Part shown: positions 1 through 11,350 of the stretch, one piece after another
Layout: the number at the start of each line of letters is the position of its first letter
How positions within the stretch are numbered: position 1 is the first letter of the stretch
NCBI GenBank assembly: GCA_040954595.2
Contig: CM082586.2
Span: 2,547,124 to 2,611,123 of the forward strand
Direction: 5' to 3'
From: Balanoglossus misakiensis
Lineage: Eukaryota > Animalia > Hemichordata
DNA: 64,000 nt
Notes under the pieces: generated by a model
Database searches by the model: none
What the model was told of the DNA's origin: nothing
The model's input: only the letters and a program-made list of their open reading frames with translations
Position numbers and translations under genes: made by a program

Positions 1-2516
1 TTCGGTCAAGCTATTTTTATCTCGAATACACTCTTCAACTGTCGACGCGAAAGAATGGCATGTCATTATTCTTCTCTTTCAATTCATTGTACCTGCCACG
101 TTAATTTTACTACTCTGAAATTTCACATTTTATATAATTCGTTTACATGCTCACACGGTGGTATGGTTGATGTTTCTCAGGGTACATCCATTTCGAAATA
201 TACTGACAGAAACGACAGTCTATACTATTCTTAAACATAAACTAATATATAACGGTCGCCACGAGGTTGTTCGTTTTGGATTTATGAACGTTGCACCGCG
301 GTATAGGTACCCGACGGACTATTAACCGCTACGGGTAACGTGTTGGTGTATTTCCATGTTCTACGTTCAAATAGTGACAAATATGAACACCCGTACCTAT
401 CCTCCAAAATACAGAGACTGAAAATAACAGACATTCACGATTTGAACAGAATACCACTTTGGCCATGAAACGAAACAAGAGGAATCGCACGTAAATAACA
501 ATGTGCTGGTAGGAACAGAACCACAGAATATGTGTTTTTGCACACCAGGTAGATCGATGGCGGGTTCTCCCAACCCTTTTTTCAATACATGTATCAACTG
601 AATAATTCTCACTGCGGGAAAAAAAAGAATTTCGGATGGAATATAACATGGTTAGGAAAATTGTATTAGACAACATTTAGGTGGGTATTTCATAGTAACG
701 TCATAAATGTTACAAAATGCGGTAAAATGCGGTCCTTTTATATTGATGGTATTGATGAGGTAAAAGAACATTTCGCCTGATTCTTCTATGAAAATAATGT
801 CGACGGTTCAATTTTTTGTTTGAAATTGAAGAAAGTAACACCACCTTTGTGTTCCCTTAGTCTGAGTAAAAATAAAACCATTTTAGTGGTGGTCTGTGAT
901 ACCATATGTGCAGTAAAGGACTTCGAGAGTCAAACGTATATTTTTTGCAAATTCGACGCAAGGATCTAGGTAGTATATTCGTGCACCTACCTGAGTATCC
1001 GTTCACTGAACTAGGGTCGACGAATGTTGCTGTTTTTGATGACCGGTGGATGACAGTACGAATCGAGGAACATAAAATTCCGTGCTGCGCCGTGTGACTA
1101 GTGTGTATACGATTGTGTTTTTATACCGTTTGTGCTAATTTTAGAACGCTGCGCGCGTTGACTCTAAAGTGAGAGCACACTCGCGGTTGTCTACCTTGTG
1201 GCATACAGTCTGTGTGTAAACAATGTACTCTGTACACGATATAGATATAATTCCAATATCAAAGTAATATATTCGGCCTCATACTGCTGTGTCCCGATAT
1301 TTTTTGTGTCCGATTTTAACCCCGTCACTTTAAAACGTGACTGACGTAATACTACAAATCTGCGAGTGATTGGTCCCACCGAGATGTGGCATTGCATTTC
1401 ACATGGGAGTAAATATCACTGATACATTTAATGACATTCACAGTGCATGTGCCCGCATTTTGTAAAGTTAAGCTGTGAAAGTTGTTACGTGTGACAGTGA
1501 CAGACAAAGAATATAAGAAAAGACAATGAAAATGTTGCTTTTCGGAAGGAACGTAGCTATTTTTTATCATGTTATCATTACGCACAATATACAACACAGA
1601 CAATGTGAATATGCGTTCTGACTTCTGTTGTTGTAGTACCTCCATGGTAACGAGGGTTGGATGGGCGATGTAGTCAAAGGTCGCCCTTCTTTTATGGCTT
1701 TCTGCCTTCTACGAAGTAGGTCTACAGGAAACAGAAAATGTATGCCATCCAGGTAATATTGCCAAGAAATGTCCGTCCAAGTCCAGATGTGTGCTGTACT
1801 GTTTACGGATATAGTTGTGCTTCTTATTGCAGAAAAATGATTGTGGTGTTGAACTTAAACTTAGAACGTTGGTTTAGCGTCAATAATCACCTCTCTGCAG
1901 TTTAGGGAATTAAACAATCAGATATGTTGGTATGTCTAATGCTGACACTTGGGCCATCAACTTAAAAACGGGGGAACATCGATCCTTAAAACGAGACGGT
2001 AAACATCCTGTTTTTCAGAAATCACGATGTAAATTGCATATGGAAAGAATGCGAGAAGTTTATCATCGACCTGTAGTAACTGTTAATAAATGATGACACT
2101 GCGACTGTTTTCAATATTGGATCAAGGGGTCAACAGTTGATAGCAAAGGGCAAGTTCACTAAATCATGTTGGGTCATCGTGCCAACGCTCAGCCGATGGA
2201 AAACAGCTTTTTTTTCAGCAAACCGCTTTTGAAACGCAGCGACTATATCTTTTTTTTACGTAAAAATAGCTTTTTGATGAAAATGGTAAAGAAATTCGTG
2301 CAGAGACTTCAATAACGTTGATACAATTATACAACTTTCGTTTTGGTATTCAAATTAATGTGCTTGAGCTCCTTGACTATCAAGGCATCTCGAACGCTAT
2401 TGGGCACAGGGAGCGGGATGATGGAGACAGGTTCCACCCACCCACGCAGCTGCATAAAAGTTACAGCGGAGCTTGGACACTATCAGAGGACTTCGCTTCT
2501 TTGTGAAAGCTTCATC

Positions 2517-4608
2517 ATGGCTGGGTTGACAACGCTTTTGTTCTTCGTCTTTTCAGGCTTTTTTTCTTATAACGCCGCCCAGCTGCTGCAGCCAAACGGC
2601 GACTGCAACGCCGATGGAACCATCTGTGAATACAAGTGGAAGGTGGAGCACAGAGATACCATGATAACGTATGACGAGACAACGGGGGCCGGTTTGCCTG
2701 TGGTCACCTATGGGAGGAACTACTACAAACGAAACCGAGATATCACAAAATGTGCCACAAGAGACGCACTGTCTTTACAAGGTAAATCTGATCGAATTCT
2801 GTATGCACTATCATCGCCATTATCTATTTGTGTCCTCGAATGCAGCTGGCCTTTTAACAGGGGTTAAACAGGCCGAAAGACTGAAAATATATGATATGTA
2901 ACAGTGTAAAACTCTAAAGAGCCCACGATATGTATAAAAGTTATGAAATTTATCTAAACCTGTTGCAGTTTTCAAATTGACTTATTAAAACACGCCATAT
3001 CGAGAAAAATGTGTCAAAGGCTGAAACGCCAGAAAACAACTCGTGCTTTCGGTTTGAATAGAAACATGTGGATGCTCGTTGTTTGCTTGTTGCCAAGCTA
3101 CCGTTTATATTTACAATCACCTGACCTGTGCTCTTCGATCGAAGATGACCAAAGAAGATAAGCAATTGCAATCATTTTCACATTCGAAGCTTTGAGCAAA
3201 CCGAAAGGATGAATGAGAGACCCAAAAAGTTGAGGTGACAAATTAAAGTGGCGCTCTGTCTGTGTCGCCGTCGTCGTCGTCGTCGTCGCAAGTTAACCCT
3301 TTCAGGCCCACTGGCCAAATCTCATCAGTGAGGCGTTTTACTTGTCGGTAACTTTTCCTTTCATAATATGCGATAATTGTTGTAAATGGCGTGAGCGATT
3401 TGCGCGAGTTTATTTACCGCCCTTTAAGTTAATGAACTTGGTCACAATAATTGCTTTTTACGTCTTTCGTTTTATTATTGCAGAGAGGGAAAAGGTTCTC
3501 ACTGTCGATGGATCCTACGGTTCAGCCACTGTTATCAATGGCCAGCTGCCTGGTCCTGACATCATAGTCAAGGTTGGCACACAGGTAATGCCGCAGCCAA
3601 GTGCATAACTCAGTCTTTTGCATAACAGGGCCGTCGTGTGTTTTCTTTATATACTAAACTGCACTTTCTGTTTCGAAGTATATCCCCTGTACATACGCGT
3701 TTTTCACAGAATAAACCCATTCAAAATCACGTGTCTAGTTAATGTGGTACGACCTATATTACAGAAAAAGGAAAGGTCAACTCGGTAATTCGCAGGTTAA
3801 ATCTGTGCACTGTGCTATCCGCTTGATCAACCCTTCTGGTGAACTACGGTGTTTGTTGTTTGTTTTTAAGGTTGTAGTGCACGTCACAAATGATCTAATG
3901 ATGGAAGGTGTTGCAATTCACTGGCATGGAATTGTGCAGCGTAACACACCGTGGATGGATGGAGTGCAAGGGGTTTCACATTGCCCAATAAACCCGGGAG
4001 AAACATTCACTTACAGGTGCTTTTCAGATTTACTGATAGATGTCATTCACCTACTGACTGACTGACTTACTTACTCATTCTTACTTCTTTTATCATAGCA
4101 TGATATATTGGGTGTTAGTTCATCATTCATTCATTCATTCGTTAATTCATTCATCCTTTAATTAATGAATTAATTAATTAATTAACAAACTAATTAATTA
4201 ATTAATTAATTAATTAATTAATTGATTAATTAATTAATTAATTAATACAATTAATTATTTAATTCATTCATTCAGTCAGTCAGTCAGTCAGTCAGTTACG
4301 TCATTTCATGATGCATCAATCAATCAATGAATCGATCGGCTGAGCGATCGATCGATCACTCAATATTGTGGACGTGGATACTTATATTACACGGATGATG
4401 TTTTCTACCATCAGATTTTTAGCCACTCCTCCTGGAACGCATTGGTACCACTCCCATCTTGGCACACAGAGAACAGATGGATTATATGGGGCATTAATAG
4501 TGTTGCCTGAGGAAGAAGAGATTAGCGTAAGTAGATAAACAGAAATTTATTGCAATATCGGTAATACATGGCGGAGGTATGAAGAATGTCAGTGTATACT
4601 GATGGGTA

Positions 4609-4700
<92 letters not shown>

Positions 4701-7017
4701 AATTTCGACAGGTTGAGGAGACAACGGACCCAGATTTCAGTGGTGATTTCATAATGCTACTACAAGATTGGATGAGAAGCACTTCCCTTGACATAAACAA
4801 TCGCATTCTCTGGGAACTGCAAAGGTGGGTAGCACTGAGTGGAGCCGAGAGAAATAGACTGAACGATGGGTGGCTGAAATTGCATTAGGTGACCCTATAC
4901 ATGTAATTTTTTTTTGTGATATTTAACGATACAGTGTATGACCAGAAGCCTAGCATTGCTGCAAGCTACAAGAGAATTAACAAATTACTGCTGTTTTTAC
5001 GTGTCAGGTTTTATCCGGGCTACAACAATACGGCCACGTGTTTTTATCAAACGCGACAGTCAGACGGCACTGAAATTGGAGTCGTGCCGTTCACGTCTGG
5101 TTTGGTAAACGGCAAAGGTAATATATATGTTCCTTTTTTGAACAAGACCTTACCAAGTGTACAGTGTGGACATACTAGTATTCTTTTATCACTATGATTA
5201 ATTTGTACAATATTTTAATTCAGTTATCATTTTGCTTGGCAACACACTCTGTACGCGTGAATTGTGCATTGCTAATGAAATGCAAAACTTTTTTCCACTA
5301 ATCTGCAAAGCATTTGATGTGTTATTCCTTTGCAACTTAGGCCTTTTCTATAGGTACGAAACAGGAGGTAAAAAGAGGGAATTTATCGAAAATTACCTGA
5401 TCCCAATGGAGATGTTCACAGTTGAGCGACTGAAGACATATCGCTTTCGAGTGATCAACGCGGCCATGATTTTTGCCTTCAGTGTTTCGATCGAAGAGCA
5501 CAAATTGCACGTCATCTCGACGGACGGCAACAGAGTGAGTACAGTGATCGCCGACGCGCTCATCGTCAACTCCGGCGAAAGATTCGACTTCTACATCGAA
5601 ACTAATAACAACCCTGCCAACTACTGGATAAACATCCGCACGCTGGAAACTTCCAACATCAACAGTGTAAGTACTGGTTTAGTAAGGGTGATGTTGAGTA
5701 TAGTAATGATAAATTAGATTTGCTGTTCCGATGCCCCCAAATTCGATTGCAGACATTTTGATCTCCAAAGTCTTTTTGAATGCATGATATTATCAAAGTG
5801 CAAGAACCTCCTGTTGATAATGCACGGCAAACTAATATGAGTGCACCTAAACACACATGTATGGTGATTGCGATGCATAAGACACACTCTTTACAGTTAC
5901 ACTTTTGACGCAAATATTTCAATATCTTCAACACCTAGGAAATTCTGCAATCTCCAGGACACGTGGAAGCCATACTACACTACGCCGCAGCCCCGGCACC
6001 GAAATACCCAGCAACCAAGCCCCGGCCATATCCATGTAGTCAAAGCAGTCGGTGCAACGTAGTAAACTGTCCTTTCAGGTACGTCCCTATAAATCAAAAG
6101 ATAAAAAATTGACCATTTATATATTATTTTGTATACTGATGAACATATTCTGTCTGAAGTTAAGTTTTTCGTGTCCAAGGATTCACACAACTTGGTAAGT
6201 GTTTTTTAAAATATATCTTGGGAGCTAATATCTTGGTCATTCAGTCTGGCTGTCTGGTTGCTCAGTTGTATAGGTGGGTAGCTGACAGGAGGCCCACTGT
6301 TAACCAATAGGGTTTACAGTGAATTAAGAAATCCTGAAAAATATGACCAACACCCATACTTTACAATGGTGCATCCTTTTTATCAAATGATAGGAGCAAA
6401 TCCAGTCGCCATCTTCTGTTTGGTTTACAGCTACTTTCCACCAAGCAAATACACAGACTGCATACCTGCCGCAAGTCTAACGTCCATGGGTGGCCAGCCT
6501 CCCCCGCCTCGCTTTCCGGAAAGCAATAACGGCAGTGTGAGCGGCGCTGAAGAACACTTCATCAATTTCCACTTTGACGGGATCACCTCTAAACGGTCTT
6601 CCGTCAACGGCAGGCGGTTTGTACCTCCAAGTACGCCTCCTATGGTGAGTCTGGACACTCCCTTTTTGGCAGTTAATACGACAGTGTGTGTGGTTCCACT
6701 CGACGAGCGAGAATCTCATAAACATCCAATAGTGATCGTTATATAATATTTTCCATGCAGACACTTCCTGGTGGAGACTATGAAGATTACATGACGGTGT
6801 GTAACGAAACGGAGTGCGCACAACACTGCAGTTGCACTCACTTTATCGAAATCAAGACTGGAAATGTCATCCAAATCGTCCTCCATAACATGGGTAAGCC
6901 AATAAAGAAAAAACACGTAATTGCCAATGCTTTGTATTTACATAGATACTAGTACATAGATGGTTGGTTGGTTGGTAGAGTTAGTGAGGATTGGTTAACC
7001 GTTGGTTAGTTGGTTGG

Positions 7018-7109
<92 letters not shown>

Positions 7110-8216
7110 GTATTCTCAGGTAATGCCAATACAGGAACGGCACATCCAGTTCACATGCACGGTCATCACTTCTACCTCTTAAAGACCGCATTCGCTAAAT
7201 ATGACGCCAACGGTGTATACACGGGAGACAACGACGACATAGACTGTGGAGGGGATTCCAGATGCAACAACGGCAAATGGAAGGACCCTACCTGGGGCGG
7301 AGATAAGATCCCCGGTCTAAACCTGATTAACCCTCCGATGAAAGACACGGTCATCGTACCAGTTGGAGGATACGTTGTCATCCGTTATTTAGCCGATAAT
7401 CCTGGTACGTATTACAATCATCTTTCTCAACGAAACTCTTTCATAGGAAATTTTCAAACATTCTCTATCGTGTTGGTTCGAGAAAAAAACACGTCAGTGC
7501 GACTGACCAAAAGTTTTTTATTCATCTGAACGCACACCTTGTCTGACAATTCACACTACAAGCCAGGTGTGTATTTGCATACGGTTCAACAGGTATTTGC
7601 ATATGAGTCAACTGGTACGCTTCAATCGAACAATAAGGGGGTAGTATGAGATCCCAGACAGCAACAAAACTCGACTGAACTTGGACCCGCGAAGAGTTGT
7701 TTTGCACGCTGTTGGTTTGGGCGCGGCATATATGGGGATAACTATCTCGCTGCATGTTTCCAGGTTGGTGGTTCGTTCATTGTCACATTGAAATACACCA
7801 AGTTGAAGGGATGGCGCTGATGTTCAAAGAAGGCGATGAATCCGAGATGAACCCGCCCCCGAAAGATTTCCGTAGTTGTGGAAACTTCCACTGGACTTCC
7901 GAAGAGTTCTACCAGAAAATTAAAGACCCAGGTAAGGCGGCTTAATGGCGCGATATTTATTGCAAATGAACTTCTCCCGGGATTTAGACATCCCTGAACC
8001 AAATTTATTTCTCAAGGATTTCTGATAAATCTCACCGAAAGTTATTGTCATTGCACAAGCTATTTCACATTTTATTCAGCCCTGGACGAAACAAAATCTT
8101 GATGAAAAGCAAACTGCATTTTTTTTCAATTTCTTTCAGTGTCTGCTGGAGGCGTTAAGGTGCGAGCTGACTGGTGCCTGTTGATCATTTTTTTCGTTGC
8201 TTATATGTTACAGTAG
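2517..8216 (+). CDS. Laccase-like multicopper oxidase, 13 coding exons, with signal peptide and probable GPI-anchor signal
   Basis: Exons 2517-2781, 3484-3584, 3871-4016, 4415-4526, 4712-4824, 5008-5117, 5341-5666, 5939-6078, 6431-6644, 6761-6893, 7120-7404, 7764-7931, 8140-8216, all GT-AG and frame-consistent. All four Cu-binding motifs are present: [30 protein letters not shown]. Hydrophobic N-terminus [21 protein letters not shown]; C-terminus [24 protein letters not shown]. Confidence 0.95.
4125..4296. repeat. Compound microsatellite (TTCA)n/(TTAA)n/(CAGT)n in laccase intron 3
   Basis: Directly visible tetranucleotide runs. Confidence 0.9.
4609..4700. repeat. (ATG)n microsatellite, about 30 units
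   Basis: Perfect trinucleotide run ending 11 nt before exon 5 (acceptor AG at 4710-4711). Confidence 0.98.
7017..7108. repeat. (ATTG)n microsatellite preceded by (GGTT)n
   Basis: Perfect tetranucleotide run ending about 11 nt before exon 11 (acceptor AG at 7118-7119). Confidence 0.98.
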
Positions 8217-8745
8217 GGGTGGTTTTATAGAGAATACGAGTGATATTTTAGCTGTTTGAGCTTTCATGCAATGCAAGTGACAGATATTGGTTCAGACGAT
8301 CTTAACGACAATTTTATTTAGTACCAGTAGATAACGTGAAGAAAATGAACAAAAACCCATATTGGTTGAAGTTTTCCTAATTTGTGTCATGCTTTGAGGT
8401 TTTTTCAGTTGAGTAATATCCTGCCAATGATTTTAACGGTCTCCTTGTATGAATATAGTCACAGTAACTTTTTCATTTCTCTCTTTATATCTTGACTATC
8501 AGAGAATGTCAAGGACATCGCTTTTGAGATAGTGCACAACGTTTTGTCAGGGCAAATGGGGGGGGGGGGAGAGACATATCTCTCCCCCAATAGAAGTTTC
8601 ACAAATCCAGGGAGCAATTAGTTAAGAAAATGGAATTTTTATTACATGGCTAAAATTAAGTAACAAAGACTGATGTGATACAGCCATGTTTGATATCCTG
8701 CAATCACATATACTGGTTTGTTCAAATACATAGATGCAATTTGCT

Positions 8746-10924
8746 TCATATTAATTCTTTTGGAGGGGGTCTGGTTGGGATTTTTCCAAGTGTAAATGAT
8801 CTGGCTTCAAACTGCTCCTTTTCTTGAGCTGTGAGGTCGCTCATCTTTGTGTAAAGTTTGCTGGAGTGGGTCTCTGACGATGCTGTTATCTGATTGGAGG
8901 ACGGGGTGGCAATGGGGAGACCACCAATCAGGCTCTGGCTGGTACTTGCACTCCCAAACACGGAGTTCTGTGGTGAGGAAGCTGACCCGAATCCTCCGAG
9001 AGCGCTGCTTGGAGTTTGGCTTCCGAACGCTCCAGTGCCTGCAGTTGTTTCCTGTACACCAAACAGTCCACCTCTTGCCGTTGTTGTCGCGCCAGAGAAA
9101 CCTCCCAGTGTTGACGCTCCTATCGGCGACTTCGAGCCCGGATTCCCGAATCCCCCGAAACCTGTCCCCGTGCTGTCTGAGCCACCGAAACTGCCAAATG
9201 ATGACGAACCACCAGCACTGGCGAAACCACCAAATGTTGAGGGCGTTGAACTACCGGAGCCACCAAAACCACCGAACGACGATGGTTGTGCTGAACTGCC
9301 AGCACCAGCAGCACCCGATCCAAAGCTGCCAAAAGTAGATGCTCCTGCACCACCGAAACTTCCAAATGACGACTGCATGGCTGACACAGTGGCATCGCCG
9401 CCGCCTCCAAAAGCGCCCATCATGCTCGGAGTCACAGTGGCCATACTCGATCCCATGCCACCAAGTCCCACTGCAGTTGCACTGAAACAGAGAACAAAAA
9501 AGACTGATATATCTGGAAAAATATTAATTAACTTTGAGGCAAAAACACCTCACATTCATGATACAAAAACGAATCCAACTCGTCCTAAACTGTTGCAACT
9601 CACCTGCCACTCAACAAAGCAAGTGCTGACATCGTGTTAGAAAACACACTTGGCCCATTGTAGTTATCAAGATAGACTTGAATCTGTGTGAAGAGGATCG
9701 AACATTTTCTTTAAATCACAATGATTATTGCTTTGAGAGTATATGGGCAACATTCCTGATGATTGTACATGGATAAGATTTTAACACTGTCAATGAAAAC
9801 TAGTTTGACTCACCACATTTGTCTTAAGCTGTGGATCTGGCATTCTCAGATTATTTCGTTGGCTTTTCAAATTGTTGACTGCTTGGATGATATTTTGTTC
9901 CTGTGTGGAAAAAATTTATCAAAACACAACTGAACTCATAAGTTTCTCTGACTAAATACATGTATACTTTCTATAACTAATAGATAAACTGTGATCGCAA
10001 CAGAGTGCACATTGCCACAAACTTACATATTGTGGGATCTTTCCTTCCCTTTTAGCCTCGTAAGTGTAATACCTCAGCTCCTCGGGAGACACATCATCCA
10101 TACCTGAGAAAGCGAGAGATTTGTTACATATGTGTGTGTTAGAGAGTGTGTGTAATGGTTTTACGGGATCTATCAACTGTGGTACAGTATGTGATTCATT
10201 TTGATTGTTGCTGTAATACACTGTTTAGAAGAATTACCGCGATAAGAAATCCCCAAATTTTCCTGTCTCACCTGGGAGTGTTTTCTGCGACTTTGACACA
10301 GAGTATGATGAAAACAACCACATGTTAGAACTCTCCCACTCCTCCATATCCTTCTTGATTGTTTCTCTGTGAAAGGAATATTGATGACCTAGTTCAAAGT
10401 TCAAGGACATGGAATTTACTATAGACAAGAGTCTGATTCTGAGTTTGAACAACACATTCATCTTCATCATACACCAGTTTGATATAAAAGCCTGTACTTA
10501 CAATACCTGAGTCTTGTCCGAGGGTCCGGAGTGCTGAGATACCAGTGGTGCATACCGGTTTTGGTTTTGTGGAAATGGCTCAGAAAATCCTACTCGTCTG
10601 TTCCACTGATTGGGGTTCCTCCCACCCGCCCCTCCTCCCCCTCTTCCACCGCCACCACCTCCCCACTGCTGACCATAACTTGATCCTGAATGAACAGATT
10701 AACAAGGAAGGAGTTTGTGGCATGCATGTAGCTTCAGCTTGCTAACAATGCTGTTGTAAGTTGCAGGGCTACGGACGTACCCGCAGCAAGCGCGTAGCTG
10801 TCAGTGATCGGAGCCTATCCCGTTATAACCTACCCTGTCCCTGTCTGACATTCACGGGATGTTCAAACCGGCACTGATTGCCATAGCGACACCTCCCGTC
10901 CAAGTAAAATTTACAAACGACCAT
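8746..10924 (-). CDS. NUP42: Nucleoporin NUP42 / NUPL2 (hCG1), 7 exons
   Basis: Exons 10924-10834, 10685-10502, 10366-10272, 10103-10027, 9900-9814, 9683-9604, 9481-8746. N-terminal CCCH zinc finger (CKFYLDGRCRYGNQCRFEH), NRYAPL, W-x-FSSY and DVSPEELR motifs, a long FG-repeat exon, and C-terminal FTLGKIPTRPPP typical of the GLE1-binding tail. Confidence 0.93.
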
Positions 10925-11350
10925 GATTACAACATTTTCGCTCCACAGGAATGACCAAGAACTGTCACTATCTCATGCTTGCCAGTTACTTCCGCATAAA
11001 CAACATGTCTGTTATTCGCAGAATGTGTGTTCGTCAGAGGCTCGCATGATTACCAACCGAATTCAAAAATTAAAACGGTACGTAAAAATAAAAGCTTACA
11101 CATTATAAAACATAATAACTAACCATGTAAATCGCTGTCAAACTTCCACCCACTTTCCTGAAGTATTATTCTGATAATGAAATTTTGTTTTTCACTGTGC
11201 TGGCGAATAACAGCTCCGCGAATAATGCGTTCCCCACTTGTTGTGAACGAACGAGGGAAAACAAACGTGACTTTGTGTACACTGTTATTCACGGTAGCCG
11301 CGATCTTCGCGAGTCTCATTAATAATGCGTTCTCAGACTGAGGGGTCGAA
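10925..11350. promoter_or_regulatory. Probable bidirectional promoter shared by NUP42 and MCM3AP
   Basis: 426 bp between divergent ATGs (10924 on -, 11351 on +); locally CpG-rich compared with the flanking gene bodies. Confidence 0.7.

Noticed and set aside
4494-4806. Poly-His and poly-Ile ORFs
   Set aside because: Translations of the intronic (ATG)n microsatellite on the opposite strand.
8847-9640. Pro-rich 248-aa and 163-aa ORFs on +
   Set aside because: Antisense shadows of the Gly/FG-rich last exon of NUP42.
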